64,000 nucleotides of DNA from NCBI GenBank assembly GCA_025449675.1, contig JANWIX010000074.1:29926-93925 (forward strand), written 5' to 3'. Below, one piece after another: positions 46,223 to 56,803 of this stretch. The stretch's first letter is position 1. Every line of letters begins with the position of its first letter. This DNA is from Nitrososphaera sp. (GTDB lineage: Archaea > Thermoproteota > Nitrososphaeria > Nitrososphaerales > Nitrososphaeraceae). The notes beneath the pieces were generated by a model, which was given only the letters and a program-made list of their open reading frames with translations, had not been told where the DNA came from and did not search any database. Position numbers and translations under genes: made by a program.

Positions 46223-47089
46223 TTGAGTACCAGGAGAAACGTCGAAGCTAACCCTCTAACCGAACAGTTTGCCGATCATCTCCGCAAGATCGAGGAAGCC
46301 CTGGAACGAGAACTTGACCTCTATTCGTGGTCGGAATTTCATGCACCCCTCCGATATGCAAGCGAAGGTGGAAAAAGGATAAGGCCACTGATCCTTGTGC
46401 TTTCAGCCGAATCAATAGACTCTAGAAAAGCAAGCTCTGACGCATATCTTGCCGCCTCGGCAATCGAGCTCTTGCATACCGAGTCGATAATTCACGATGA
46501 CATTATCGACGAAGAGAACCTGAGACGGGGCAAGCCGTCGTTTCACATAAAATACGGTTACAACAGCAGCATCCTGACGGCGGATTTTGTCCTGGGCGTC
46601 ATTCTAAACATCGGATCCAAGCTAAAGGACTCTAGGCTCATAAACGAGCTGTCCAATGCCGCGACAAGGATGAGCGAGGGCGAGATGATGGAGATAAGGC
46701 TTGGCAACGAGCAAAACATTACAGAGGACGACTACATCAAGGTCCTGGAATACAAGACTGCTTCGCTCTTTGAGACCTCTGCCAAGGTTGGCGCGCTCAT
46801 CGGAGGAGGCGACGAAGACCAGGTGCGAGCCATGACTTCGTTTGGCAACCTCTTAGGCATCGCGTACCAGATACATGACGACCTCATAGACTGGAACAAC
46901 GAAAACAGGCTTTTCAACATGCTTGTCAGAAACAACGACGAAAGATCCAGGGAATTTGTCGACAGGATGGACAAGCTGTACAAGTCGTACGCTGCAAAGG
47001 CAAAGAACGAGCTCCGCAAGATATCGACAGAGAATGACGCCAAGAGGCACCTGGAGAACCTCACCGACCTAGCGTCAGTACAGGTCTAG
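46223..47089 (+). CDS. polyprenyl diphosphate synthase (GGPP synthase family)
   Basis: GGKRIRP, HDDIID..RRG, YKTA, QIHDDLID. Confidence 0.92.
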   Translation: MSTRRNVEANPLTEQFADHLRKIEEALERELDLYSWSEFHAPLRYASEGGKRIRPLILVLSAESIDSRKASSDAYLAASAIELLHTESIIHDDIIDEENLRRGKPSFHIKYGYNSSILTADFVLGVILNIGSKLKDSRLINELSNAATRMSEGEMMEIRLGNEQNITEDDYIKVLEYKTASLFETSAKVGALIGGGDEDQVRAMTSFGNLLGIAYQIHDDLIDWNNENRLFNMLVRNNDERSREFVDRMDKLYKSYAAKAKNELRKISTENDAKRHLENLTDLASVQV

Positions 47090-47102
47090 CTCGACTTTTG
47101 CA

Positions 47103-48611
47103 TTACGGCCCGAGTGAAACCGGAGAAATTGCCGAGCTCAAATCCGGAACTGCCTTTGACGCAAAGTCAAGCAGCGGTGCGTGCCAGATCCCAAAGCCCA
47201 CCATGAACACCATCGCAAACACCAGCACCGCGACAATAGCCCTTGGCTCCTTTACCTTGCTCATGTCCGGCGCATCTTCCATGTACATCTTTCTCATTAT
47301 CCAGGCATAGTAGCCAAGAGACAGGGCGCTATTGAGTACTCCCGCTATAGCAAGCCATGGGCCCCACTCCACCAGCGGCCCGCTGTTTATTCCTGCGCCA
47401 AAAAGCACCAGCTTGCTCCAGAAGCCGTTGAGCGGTGGGACTCCGGCAAGAGCCAGAAGCGAGATCGAAAGCGCGATCGCGGTGATAGGCATCCTCTTTC
47501 CAAGACCGCGATATTTCTCGAGGCTGTAGCCGGCGATGGCTGTCGCCACGCCAGCGGCGGCAATGAACGCTGCAGACTTCATGACCGCGTGGTTGATGAT
47601 ATGGAACAGCGAGCCGGAAAGTGCCTGGTCAGAGTACGGCGCCAGAGCGATGCCTATCATGATGTATCCGGCCTGAGCGATGCTGGAATAAGCGAGAATC
47701 CTTGTAACGCTCCTCTGCATCAGAGCCCCGAGGTTGCCGAGAGTCATCGTAAATATTGCGACTATGGCAAGTGTCAGGGTCCAGTCCAGGTTCAGCGCAA
47801 ACATGCCAAGGACGATTACCCTGAGCGCCGCAGCAAAACCGGCCTTCTTTGTCCCCGCCGCCAAGAGCGCGCCGATAGTGGTCGGAGCGCCCTCGTAGGC
47901 GTCCGGCAGCCACATGTGGAACGGCACGAGGCCCATCTTGAACCCAAAGCCGGCGATAAACAGGCCGACGGCCAGAAGCGCGACCGGCGTCAGGCTTGCG
48001 TCAAGAGTGGTCATGGCCCTTATAGAGTCTCCAATGTTGGTCGTGCCGGTAAGCCCGTAGACAAGTCCCATTGCGAAAACTATTAGCGCGGACGACAGCG
48101 CGCCAAACATGAAATACTTTATCGCCGCTTCATTTGAAATTGGGTCGCGCTTTGCAAAGCCGGCGAGCGCGTACGTCGGAAGCGACATCAGCTCCCACGC
48201 GACAAACAGCATGACAAAGTCTGTCGAATACGCAATGATAACCATGCCAATCGTCGAGAGCAGAATCAGAGAATAGTAGGCGGCCGGATTGGTCTTGCCC
48301 TTGTAGTAGTTCCAGGAGGACGCAGTGACCATCACGGAAACTATCAAAAGGGCGATTGCAAAGAACGATCCAAACAAGTCGTCCACAAGGACTTCCGAAG
48401 AGAACGCGACTGCCGGTAGGACTTCGCCGCTAAAGACGCGATAGATAACTATTCCTATAGCAACTATCAGCGCCGCAAAGGCGATGGCGCTGTAGATCTT
48501 GTTCCTGTCCTTTCCCTTCTCCCTCCTTGCTGCATCGATGACAGGGATTGCGAGGCCTACCACTCCCAGTATTATCGTCACAAGTATTGGCGTAGAAAGC
48601 AAGTCGACCAA
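47103..48611 (-). CDS. nuoN: NADH-quinone oxidoreductase subunit N
   Basis: EAAIKYF, GFKMGLVPFHMWLPDAYEGAP. Confidence 0.93.
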   Translation of the reverse strand: MVDLLSTPILVTIILGVVGLAIPVIDAARREKGKDRNKIYSAIAFAALIVAIGIVIYRVFSGEVLPAVAFSSEVLVDDLFGSFFAIALLIVSVMVTASSWNYYKGKTNPAAYYSLILLSTIGMVIIAYSTDFVMLFVAWELMSLPTYALAGFAKRDPISNEAAIKYFMFGALSSALIVFAMGLVYGLTGTTNIGDSIRAMTTLDASLTPVALLAVGLFIAGFGFKMGLVPFHMWLPDAYEGAPTTIGALLAAGTKKAGFAAALRVIVLGMFALNLDWTLTLAIVAIFTMTLGNLGALMQRSVTRILAYSSIAQAGYIMIGIALAPYSDQALSGSLFHIINHAVMKSAAFIAAAGVATAIAGYSLEKYRGLGKRMPITAIALSISLLALAGVPPLNGFWSKLVLFGAGINSGPLVEWGPWLAIAGVLNSALSLGYYAWIMRKMYMEDAPDMSKVKEPRAIVAVLVFAMVFMVGFGIWHAPLLDFASKAVPDLSSAISPVSLGP

Positions 48612-48621
48612 TTCATTTCAC

Positions 48622-50697
48622 CTATAACAGCAGGAGCATCACAACTATCATGATGCCCACTCCAAATACGAACAGGTATGTCTGCGTGATGCCCGTCTGC
48701 CCGCCCTTGACTACGCGGGACATGAATGTCATTGACTGCTGGAAGGCCGGGTTTACTCCATCGATAATAGTGCTCTCAAAGTAGCGCCAGATAAAGCGAA
48801 AGATGGCAAGAGGGCCTATCACGCCGCCCCAGTACAGCGCTGTGTTAAGGTACCACCTGTTGTAGAGGAATTTCCAGATCGCCCTTGTAATGATGTTCCT
48901 CCCTATCGCCGTCGGGTCTGCCTTTCTTACAATGTAGAACAAAAATCCAAGCGCCGCCCCTATCGCAAACGCGCCAACAGATGCCGCGGCCGCGATTGGG
49001 TTTAGGCCAAAGTAAGTCCTGTCGCCTTCGGGCAGGATGTGTATCGCAGGCCCGCCTTCTTCTTCCTCGCCATGGATTCCAAAGGACTCTGCCAGGTATT
49101 CGGTGAACAGGTGGTGTATCTGCGCCTCAAAGACAAATCCGACCACGCCTATTGCTATCGATGCAACGGCGAGTATCGCAAAGGGGACCCACATGCTCGC
49201 GGTGACATCGTGGAGATGATGCCCCTTTTTCTCCATCTCCTCGAGGTGCCTGCTCTTTTTGCCAAAGAACGACATGCCTATCATTCTGAAAGTGTAAAAG
49301 GCGGTCATGACGGCCACGACGACTGCCATGCCAAAGAGCGGCCAGGAATAGGTATAGCCGGATTCAAGGACTGACGCAAATATTGCGTCCTTGCTCCAAA
49401 AGCCGGAAGTGAATAGCGGTGCGCCGGCAAGCGACAAGCTGGCGAGCAGCACAAAAATGTACGTCTTTTTCATGGGTTTGCGAAGCCCGCCCATATCCGT
49501 CATGAACCTGGAACCCACCGCGTGCAGTAGCGCTCCTGCTCCCATAAAGAGTGATGCCTTGAACATAGCATGGCTCATCATGTGGAAAAAGCCGGAGGTA
49601 TAGCCGTCAACAAAGTTGAGCGATAGCCCCGCTATCCCGAGGCCCATCATCATGTAGCCGATTTGAGAGCCTGTCGAATAGGCGAGCACCTTCTTTATCT
49701 CCGGGTTGACGAGTGCCTGCGTCGCGAGCAAGAACGCGGTGATAGCTCCGACCCATGCGACTACTTCAAAGAATTCTTCCATGCTAAATGCGCCGGCTGC
49801 TCCCAAGGCGAAAAATAGAGGCCCTATCCTCGCGACTAAAAAGACTCCGGCCTTGACCATGGTGGCAGCATGTATCAGCGCTGAAACTGCGGTAGGGCCG
49901 GTCATCGCCTCCAGCAGCCATTCATTGAGCGGGAACTGGGCGGACTTGCCTATCGCGCCGCCAAAGAGCAGTATCGCGGCAGGCACAAGCAGGTTCTGCT
50001 GGGCCATGGTTGTCGCCCACGCGGTGTCTTCCAAGAGTTCCTTAAAGCCAAAAGTGCCGGCGTGCATGAAAATAAGGAACATGCCTGCCAACATCATCGT
50101 GTCTCCGGCGCGAGTCATCAGGAATGCCTTGAGGCCCGCGTGTGTAGGAGACGCCCACATCGCAATGCCCCCGGCGATGTGGCCCTCTGCACCGACATAG
50201 TCTTTCTTTCTGTCGTAGTACCAGAACCCGATCAATGCGTACGAAGCAAGGCCGACTCCCTCCCAGCCAAAAAAGACCATGAGCAGGTTGTCAGAAAGGA
50301 CGATCAGCTGCATCGAGCCGATGAAAAAGAGCATGAAAAACCAGTAGCGTGTTAGGTCCCTGTCGCCGTGCATGTAGCCGGTGGAATAGACCATGATAAG
50401 AAAAGAAATCCATCCCACAAGGTTTGCCATCACTATCGCAAGCGGGTCTGCAAGGACTCCGGCCTTTAGTCCGAGTGAAGAGATCCACGGCACCTGGCTG
50501 TGAACTTCTTCAATGTCAAGCGCAAGCGGGATGAGAGTCGCCGCAGATATCGCGCTTGCAAGCGCAAAGCCCACTGCGGTATAGTCCCTTACCCTGTGGC
50601 CTGCCTTTGCGACGCCGGCTATCACCGCGGCGCCGGCAAATGGCAGTATCCATACCAGCCAGGCACTTACTCCGATTCCTTCAAGACCAATGGCCAT
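48622..50697 (-). CDS. nuoL: NADH-quinone oxidoreductase subunit L
   Basis: GWEGVG, GKSAQFPL..WL.EAM.GPT.VSALIHAATMV. Confidence 0.95.
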   Translation of the reverse strand: MAIGLEGIGVSAWLVWILPFAGAAVIAGVAKAGHRVRDYTAVGFALASAISAATLIPLALDIEEVHSQVPWISSLGLKAGVLADPLAIVMANLVGWISFLIMVYSTGYMHGDRDLTRYWFFMLFFIGSMQLIVLSDNLLMVFFGWEGVGLASYALIGFWYYDRKKDYVGAEGHIAGGIAMWASPTHAGLKAFLMTRAGDTMMLAGMFLIFMHAGTFGFKELLEDTAWATTMAQQNLLVPAAILLFGGAIGKSAQFPLNEWLLEAMTGPTAVSALIHAATMVKAGVFLVARIGPLFFALGAAGAFSMEEFFEVVAWVGAITAFLLATQALVNPEIKKVLAYSTGSQIGYMMMGLGIAGLSLNFVDGYTSGFFHMMSHAMFKASLFMGAGALLHAVGSRFMTDMGGLRKPMKKTYIFVLLASLSLAGAPLFTSGFWSKDAIFASVLESGYTYSWPLFGMAVVVAVMTAFYTFRMIGMSFFGKKSRHLEEMEKKGHHLHDVTASMWVPFAILAVASIAIGVVGFVFEAQIHHLFTEYLAESFGIHGEEEEGGPAIHILPEGDRTYFGLNPIAAAASVGAFAIGAALGFLFYIVRKADPTAIGRNIITRAIWKFLYNRWYLNTALYWGGVIGPLAIFRFIWRYFESTIIDGVNPAFQQSMTFMSRVVKGGQTGITQTYLFVFGVGIMIVVMLLLL

Positions 50698-50706
50698 GCT
50701 GATTGC

Positions 50707-52407
50707 CTATTCTCCTTCTCCTTCTGCAGGATTACTTTCCTCGAGATGAATTATTCCGCCTTCTGCGGCCTCCGCCGGCACCGGGACCGGCAGCACGCCT
50801 TCCTGTCCTTCAAACATTCCGCCAATATAGTCGGTTATAGGATCGAGGAAAAGGTCTGGAAGGACGCCGATGATGAGTGACAGGGCAGCAAACGTTGCCA
50901 TTGTGGCAATAATGTAGCGATTTGAGTCCTTTACGTGGGCCAGCTCTTCCGGTATCTTGCCAAAGAATATGCGCTTGAACATCCAGAGTATGTAGGCCGA
51001 CGAGAGCACCGTGGCCAGGATGCCAAATGCAAACATGGCCGTCCTGAAAGGATCCATGTCGTTAGTCGCCGTCTGGAGCACTCCGTTGAACATTATCCAC
51101 TCGGCCATAAAGCCGCTGGTTGGCGGGATCCCGATTATCGTAAGGGCTCCTATCATTGCAATGACTGCAGTATAAGGCATCTTGCCGGCAAGCCCTCCCA
51201 GTTTTGCCATGCTCCGAGTTCCGGTCTGGAGAATTATAGAGCCGGCCATCATGAAGAGTATTGCCTTGCCAAGGCCGTGCGTCACGTAGAGCATGGTCCC
51301 GCCGGTAATCCCAAGTATGCTTTCTGAGCCCAGCCCAAAGAGTATGTATCCCATCTGGCTGACGCTGGAATAGGCCAGCACTTTTTTGATGTCGTCTTGC
51401 ATCAGCGCCATGGCGCCGCCGTAGATCATGGTCGCAAGGCCCCACATGTTGATGTAGAGGCTGTACTGCTCATAGCTGCCGGTCAATAGCTCCATCCAGA
51501 GCCGGAGCAGGCCGTACGCGCCGATTCCGATCATGGCAGGAGAAAGAAGCGCGGATACGGGAGTCGGCGCCTCTGCGTGGGCGTACGGGAGCCAGATGTG
51601 GAGCAGGAATGCGGCCAGCTTTACTCCGAGACCGATTACCAGCGCGAAAACAATTAGCGGCAGCCACTGCTCGGGAATGTTGCCAGCGTTCTGTTTTATC
51701 GTTTCAAAGTCAAATCCTCCCGCAAAGAACCCCATCGCTAGGAGGCCCAGCAGCAGGACCACCGCGCCAACGTGGGTCCAGAAAAAGAACATCAAGGCGA
51801 TGCGCCGGCGCGCGCCATATCCGTAGAACGCGATCAGGAAGAACGACGGGACGAGCATGAGCTCGAAAAAGACGTAAAATTCGATCAGGTTGGTCGCAAG
51901 GACTGTGCCAAGCATGCCCATGGAAAATGCAAGATACAGCGCAAAGTACAGCCCCATCTGGTTGTTGACATGCTGCTTTGTGTCGACCACAGTCGTCTGC
52001 GAGACGGTGCCAGAGTTGTCGGAAGTGCCAGGAGCAGGCGAACCGTGGCCGCCTTTTCCGTGACCCGGCAAATCCTCCATTACCTTGTGCACCATGTACG
52101 GCTTTGAATAAAGAGCAAGGACCGTGCAGAGGATGTAGATTATTAGCGCAAACGGGAGGCTTAGGCCATCAAGCCTGAGGCCAAAGTCGCCAAACTGGCC
52201 CCACGTGTAGCTCTCGACGTATGCCTCCTGGCTGCCGTTGTAGATGCCCACGGCAGGGATGATCAATAATCCGGTAGAGACTGCGAGCGCCCCGAATGAA
52301 AGCCACGTCGCGGCGTTAACTCCGGCTTTGCGGCTCAGGACGAATGCGACAGGAGCCATTAGCAGCGGTATAAAGGTCGCTGCCAGCAGGAAGTATGATT
52401 CTGCCAC
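50707..52407 (-). CDS. nuoM: NADH-quinone oxidoreductase subunit M
   Basis: FYVFFE, HIWLPYAHAEAPTPVS. Confidence 0.93.
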   Translation of the reverse strand: MAESYFLLAATFIPLLMAPVAFVLSRKAGVNAATWLSFGALAVSTGLLIIPAVGIYNGSQEAYVESYTWGQFGDFGLRLDGLSLPFALIIYILCTVLALYSKPYMVHKVMEDLPGHGKGGHGSPAPGTSDNSGTVSQTTVVDTKQHVNNQMGLYFALYLAFSMGMLGTVLATNLIEFYVFFELMLVPSFFLIAFYGYGARRRIALMFFFWTHVGAVVLLLGLLAMGFFAGGFDFETIKQNAGNIPEQWLPLIVFALVIGLGVKLAAFLLHIWLPYAHAEAPTPVSALLSPAMIGIGAYGLLRLWMELLTGSYEQYSLYINMWGLATMIYGGAMALMQDDIKKVLAYSSVSQMGYILFGLGSESILGITGGTMLYVTHGLGKAILFMMAGSIILQTGTRSMAKLGGLAGKMPYTAVIAMIGALTIIGIPPTSGFMAEWIMFNGVLQTATNDMDPFRTAMFAFGILATVLSSAYILWMFKRIFFGKIPEELAHVKDSNRYIIATMATFAALSLIIGVLPDLFLDPITDYIGGMFEGQEGVLPVPVPAEAAEGGIIHLEESNPAEGEGE

Positions 52408-52413
52408 CGGTAT

Positions 52414-52716
52414 CTAACCCCGCATGCTCCTGAATTCTGCAACATCAATTTCCTTGTAAAGCCTGTACGCCACGATGATAAGACCCAGACCCACGGCGAC
52501 TTCTGCTGCCGCTATAGCGATCGAAAACAGCGCAAAGACCTGGCCCTGTGCGTTGGGAAGGTTCCTTGAAAATGCCACCAGGCTCAGGTTCGCCGCGTTG
52601 GCGATTATTTCAATAGAGATCAGCATCCTGATCGCGTTGCGCTTGACAACGAGGCCATATATGCCGACGGCGACGAGTATGCCTGAAATTATTATGAAAT
52701 CAATCAGTTCGGCCAT
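52414..52716 (-). CDS. nuoK: NADH-quinone oxidoreductase subunit K
   Basis: RNAIRMLISIE, AAAEVAVGL. Confidence 0.93.
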   Translation of the reverse strand: MAELIDFIIISGILVAVGIYGLVVKRNAIRMLISIEIIANAANLSLVAFSRNLPNAQGQVFALFSIAIAAAEVAVGLGLIIVAYRLYKEIDVAEFRSMRG

Positions 52717-53248
52717 GTTGCTGCTCCTCTCCACCGTCTGACGTCGTAGTAATGTCCTCCCTGCGCGCCAGCGCAAGCGCCGCGATGACAGAGCCTGCCA
52801 GGGTCAGCGCCATAATAATGAGCGTCGGCGAATAGTAGGTCAGCATCTGCTGGCCTATCTCCCTGAAATCTATGGCCTCAGAGTCGTTAAAGTTTCCGAA
52901 CTGCCCGTTCAGGCCCGATGCAAGAAGCAGAGCGCCAAGGCTTATCATGATGATGAGCATGAGAGCAATGCCCGCTCCCTTTCTCTTCTTGTCCTCCTTT
53001 GTGGTAAAAAGCGCCTGGGTCCTCACGAGCATGACTGCAAATATGATAAGCACCGCCACCGCGCCGACATAGACTGCTATCTGGAACATGGCGACAAACG
53101 GCGCATCGAGCAGGAGGAAAAATCCAGCGATGCCTAGCATCGAGACTGCGAGTGCTATCGCGCCGTAGATAAGTTCCCTGGTTTCGAGCGCGACTATGGC
53201 GGCGCCAACTGTAAGGACTGCGACTCCGATAAAGACCGGGTCAGCCAT
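52700..53248 (-). CDS. nuoJ: NADH-quinone oxidoreductase subunit J
   Basis: APFVAMFQIAVYVGAVAVL. Confidence 0.93.
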   Translation of the reverse strand: MADPVFIGVAVLTVGAAIVALETRELIYGAIALAVSMLGIAGFFLLLDAPFVAMFQIAVYVGAVAVLIIFAVMLVRTQALFTTKEDKKRKGAGIALMLIIMISLGALLLASGLNGQFGNFNDSEAIDFREIGQQMLTYYSPTLIIMALTLAGSVIAALALARREDITTTSDGGEEQQHGRTD

Positions 53249-53738
53249 GCGTCGCCCCCCTGTCATCGATGACGATTTCCACGTCACCTTGGTACTTTGG
53301 CTTGATGGCGAGCTGCCCTGGCGTGTAAATCAGGTGCTCCTTTGTAAACGATGAAAGCTCGTAGTCGTTTGTCATGAACAGGGCATAGAACGGGCATGCA
53401 TCAACGCAGAGGCCACAAAAGACGCACTTGCCATAGTCTATCTGGGGCATGATTGCCTTCTTGTTCTGCTTCCACTGCTCGTCCACCTTGACCATGCCAA
53501 TAGCCTCGGCGATTCCCTCGCAGGCAATTGCGCAGAGCTGGCAACCCGTGCACTTGTCATGGATGAGGATGTGCCTTCCCCGGTAGCCGGCGATCCCCAC
53601 TCCACGCTTTGGATCGAACTGGTATCCGTCGCCGACGAACTTCAATTTTTGTTCAGGGTAGCGCAGGGTGAACCGCCTTATCACAAGGTGCTTTGTACCG
53701 GACTCGATAGCTTTGATAAAACCGCCGGCGGTAGTCAT
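53241..53738 (-). CDS. nuoI: NADH-quinone oxidoreductase subunit I
   Basis: CTGCQLCAIAC, CVFCGLCVDACP. Confidence 0.93.
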   Translation of the reverse strand: MTTAGGFIKAIESGTKHLVIRRFTLRYPEQKLKFVGDGYQFDPKRGVGIAGYRGRHILIHDKCTGCQLCAIACEGIAEAIGMVKVDEQWKQNKKAIMPQIDYGKCVFCGLCVDACPFYALFMTNDYELSSFTKEHLIYTPGQLAIKPKYQGDVEIVIDDRGATHG

Positions 53739-55006
53739 CGCACTAGCAGACCTCCCGGACCAAGTATTCCGCCATATATTAGTGCAAGGGCGATGAAAAT
53801 GTTGATGAAGGTAAGCACGATCAGCTTGTACCAGCCGGTGTGGAGCAGTATGTCGATCCTTATCCTCGGGCTTATGCCTCTTGGAAGCAGCATGAGCATT
53901 ATCACGCCAAACGTCTTTAGGGTGAACCAAAGAGTGGCGTTGGCAGCGACAGGGTCGTATAGCGGGGCGATGTTGATTATCGGTGTCTCTATTTCCTGGG
54001 GGAACACGTCAGGGCCTGCCCATCCTCCAAGGAAGAGGATCACAAAGAGCGCGGCGAGTGCGTAGGTCTTGATGTACGACCCAAGCTGGATAAGGCCGTA
54101 GATCATGCCAGAGGTTTCAGTCAACCAACCGGCGACGATCTCGCTCTCTGCCTCTGGAAGGTCAAAGGGGATCCTTTCAAGTTCTGCGAGCGAAGAGATG
54201 TAGAACACGAAAGCGCTTATCGGCGCGAAAAAGATGAACCAGTATGACTGGATCTGCGAGTTGACAATGCCAGTCAGGTTCAGGGTGCCTGAAAGCAAGA
54301 CAACAGAAAGCGCTGAAAGTATGAAGGGAATCTCAAAGGCAATCATCTGGTGCAGGGCGCGAAGACCACCGATGAACGGGTACTTGCTGTTGCTGGCCCA
54401 CGAGAAGAGAAGCGCAATCAGCGGGAAGAACCCGAGTATTGCAAACACTGCCAGCAGGCCGACATCGACGTCTGCTGCAACGTAGCCTGGCGCTGCGGGT
54501 ATCAGCGCTACCACCGCCGCTGCCACTGCGACAAAGGCTATGGGCGCTGCCCAAAAGATAGGCTTGTCAGCCCCGGAAGGAACGATGATCTCTTTGGCTA
54601 TTAGTTTCAAACCATCAGCAATCAGCTGAAAGATGCCTTCAATCTTGCCGGCGTACAGCGGCCCGATGCGCAGCTGCATTTTGGCTAGAAATTTGCGCTC
54701 TACGAAAATAGTCACGGCTGCGATAAGCGCTGCGTACGTAAAGCCTGGAAATGCCGCTACCCTGAACAAGTCGGTTGTCATGAAATGCTCGATTATCGGG
54801 ATCGTGCGTGAGGGATCAACGGCCATTGTGAGGAACAGAAATGGCGTGAGGACTTCGCCATTAATAGGCGGCAGCGGTACGTAGTATAGGACAATGAAAA
54901 CGAGTGGGAGCCCAACAAGAGTAACTATTATGAGTACCCAGAATATCAGCCACAGCAGGCTGCCAACGAATTCACCGAATCTAAAGTTCTGCGGGTAGCT
55001 TGCCAA
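53735..55006 (-). CDS. nuoH: NADH-quinone oxidoreductase subunit H
   Basis: ERKFLAKMQLRIGP, RIPFDLPEAESE. Confidence 0.95.
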   Translation of the reverse strand: MASYPQNFRFGEFVGSLLWLIFWVLIIVTLVGLPLVFIVLYYVPLPPINGEVLTPFLFLTMAVDPSRTIPIIEHFMTTDLFRVAAFPGFTYAALIAAVTIFVERKFLAKMQLRIGPLYAGKIEGIFQLIADGLKLIAKEIIVPSGADKPIFWAAPIAFVAVAAAVVALIPAAPGYVAADVDVGLLAVFAILGFFPLIALLFSWASNSKYPFIGGLRALHQMIAFEIPFILSALSVVLLSGTLNLTGIVNSQIQSYWFIFFAPISAFVFYISSLAELERIPFDLPEAESEIVAGWLTETSGMIYGLIQLGSYIKTYALAALFVILFLGGWAGPDVFPQEIETPIINIAPLYDPVAANATLWFTLKTFGVIMLMLLPRGISPRIRIDILLHTGWYKLIVLTFINIFIALALIYGGILGPGGLLVR

Positions 55007-55008
55007 TT

Positions 55009-56169
55009 TTATCTGTCTGCCTCCACGGGCCAGTAATTCAGAGACCAGTAGATGGCAGGCATGTCTGCCAGCTTTTGCCCCACCAGGAGGTAGGGCAGTG
55101 CGAGAATGTTGCGGAACGATCCGACAGAGATCTTTACCCTGTATGGCTTTGGAGTGCCGTCGCTCACGACATAGTATCCAAGCGCGCCCCTTCCTGATTC
55201 GACCCGCCTGTAGGCTTCCCCCGGCGGACCCTTGGGATTGGGCTGCAGCTTTGCCCGGACTTCGCCTGACTCGGGCATCTTGTCGAGAAGATCTTCAATG
55301 ATGTGGCACGACTCTTTCATGTCAAGGAACGGAACATAGGACCTTGCGTACGAGTCGCCGGACTTCATGTACTGCACCTTAAAATCAATCTCGTTGTAAA
55401 TGTCGTAGGGCTCGGCCTTGCGAATGTCGTACGGAATGCCCGAAGCTCGCACAACAGAGCCTGTTACGCCCAGCTTTGCGGCATCCTCTTTTGACAGCAC
55501 GCCGACCTGTTCCGTCCTCTGGCGGAACAGCGGGTTGTTGTAGAAAATGTCCTCGTACTCTTTCAGTCGTTTTTCAAAATAGCGGACCTGGCGGATGCAC
55601 CGATCCTTAAAGCCATCGGGCATGTCATTTCTGACGCCTCCCGGAATGTTGAAAGCATGAGTCACCCTTGCGCCGGTAAGTGCTTCCAAAAGATCGATAA
55701 AGAGTTCCCTGTCTCCGGTGGGCCACATGAACATGGTAGAGTGTCCGAGAAATATTCCATAGATAGCGAGCCAGTAGAGCGTGTAGACCTGCCGGTTGAG
55801 CTCGGACGCGATTGCGCGGATAAACTGCCCGCGCCTTGGAACTTCAATCCCGACGAGTTCTTCGATGGCAAGGCTGTAGGAATACGTGACGTTGTTCGAG
55901 TCGTGGATCACGGGCCGCTCGAGATGAGGAATGTTTTGTATCACGTTGCGATACTCGCACATTTTTTCTTCGCCCCGATGAACGTATCCCGGGTCTGGAT
56001 CGCAGTATACGATGTAGTCTCCGTCCAGCTTTATGATGAATCGAAAGTGGCCTGAACCCGGGTGCTGCGGCCCCACGCTGAGCGTCATGAGCCTGTCCTC
56101 TTCTGACTCCTTTACTATCTGGAGCCCCAGCTTTCTTGATTCCTCGACCTTGTCTTCCAGGCTTGTCAT
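55009..56169 (-). CDS. nuoD: NADH-quinone oxidoreductase subunit D
   Basis: GPQHP, GYVHRGEEK, C-terminal EADR. Confidence 0.95.
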   Translation of the reverse strand: MTSLEDKVEESRKLGLQIVKESEEDRLMTLSVGPQHPGSGHFRFIIKLDGDYIVYCDPDPGYVHRGEEKMCEYRNVIQNIPHLERPVIHDSNNVTYSYSLAIEELVGIEVPRRGQFIRAIASELNRQVYTLYWLAIYGIFLGHSTMFMWPTGDRELFIDLLEALTGARVTHAFNIPGGVRNDMPDGFKDRCIRQVRYFEKRLKEYEDIFYNNPLFRQRTEQVGVLSKEDAAKLGVTGSVVRASGIPYDIRKAEPYDIYNEIDFKVQYMKSGDSYARSYVPFLDMKESCHIIEDLLDKMPESGEVRAKLQPNPKGPPGEAYRRVESGRGALGYYVVSDGTPKPYRVKISVGSFRNILALPYLLVGQKLADMPAIYWSLNYWPVEADR

Positions 56170-56802
56170 TTATCTACCCTTTATCCTAAAGTCCTTCCTG
56201 AGAGGTGGAATGTCTGCCCAATCTTCCGGGAGAAGGAACCTGTCATTTCTCGGGTGTCCGTCAAAATAAACGCCCAGCATTTCAAAAGTTTCCCGCTCGT
56301 GATATTCCACACTTTTGTAGACGTTAATTAATGTTGGGAGATGGGCGTCGTCCCTTGTTGTTCTCGTTGCTAGCGCAATAACGTGAGCCGCCAGGTCGTC
56401 TCTCGTGTAAGAGCCCAGGTGGTAGATGACTTCTATCTGGTTGTCCTTTGGATAGTCTGTTCCCGCGACTGACTCTGCATGGTCAAAGCCCATGCTGTCG
56501 CGGAGAAATGTCGCGACTTCCACGATATCCTTTGGGTCTACCTGCACTTTGATCCGTAGCGGCCTGATAAACAGTATCCGGGTGGACTCGCCGAATTTTT
56601 TTCTGATCTGATCTGCCAGGCCCTTTTCAAAAGCTGGAGGCTCCGGCTCTTTTTTTACAGGAGGTGCCGCTGCTGGAGCAGGCGGCTTTGCAGCTACCGG
56701 GGCTGTTGGCCTGGCCGGAACTGGAGGCTTTGCCGTCGTAGAAGGTTTTGAAGATGAATTGGCTGCCTTGGCTGGCTTTTCCTGCTTTTTCTCGCTGCTC
56801 AT
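56170..56802 (-). CDS. nuoC: NADH-quinone oxidoreductase subunit C
   Basis: ERETFEMLGVYFDGHP, PLRKDF; Pro/Ala-rich N-terminus. Confidence 0.93.
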   Translation of the reverse strand: MSSEKKQEKPAKAANSSSKPSTTAKPPVPARPTAPVAAKPPAPAAAPPVKKEPEPPAFEKGLADQIRKKFGESTRILFIRPLRIKVQVDPKDIVEVATFLRDSMGFDHAESVAGTDYPKDNQIEVIYHLGSYTRDDLAAHVIALATRTTRDDAHLPTLINVYKSVEYHERETFEMLGVYFDGHPRNDRFLLPEDWADIPPLRKDFRIKGR

Positions 56803-56803
56803 G

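Noticed and set aside
47181-48086. Long antisense ORFs (e.g. 47181-48086, 19740-20411, 31035-31733, 60445-61125)
   Set aside because: Antisense shadows of well-supported genes.
56620-56800. Pro/Ala/Lys low-complexity stretch
   Set aside because: N-terminal disordered extension of NuoC, not a DNA repeat element.
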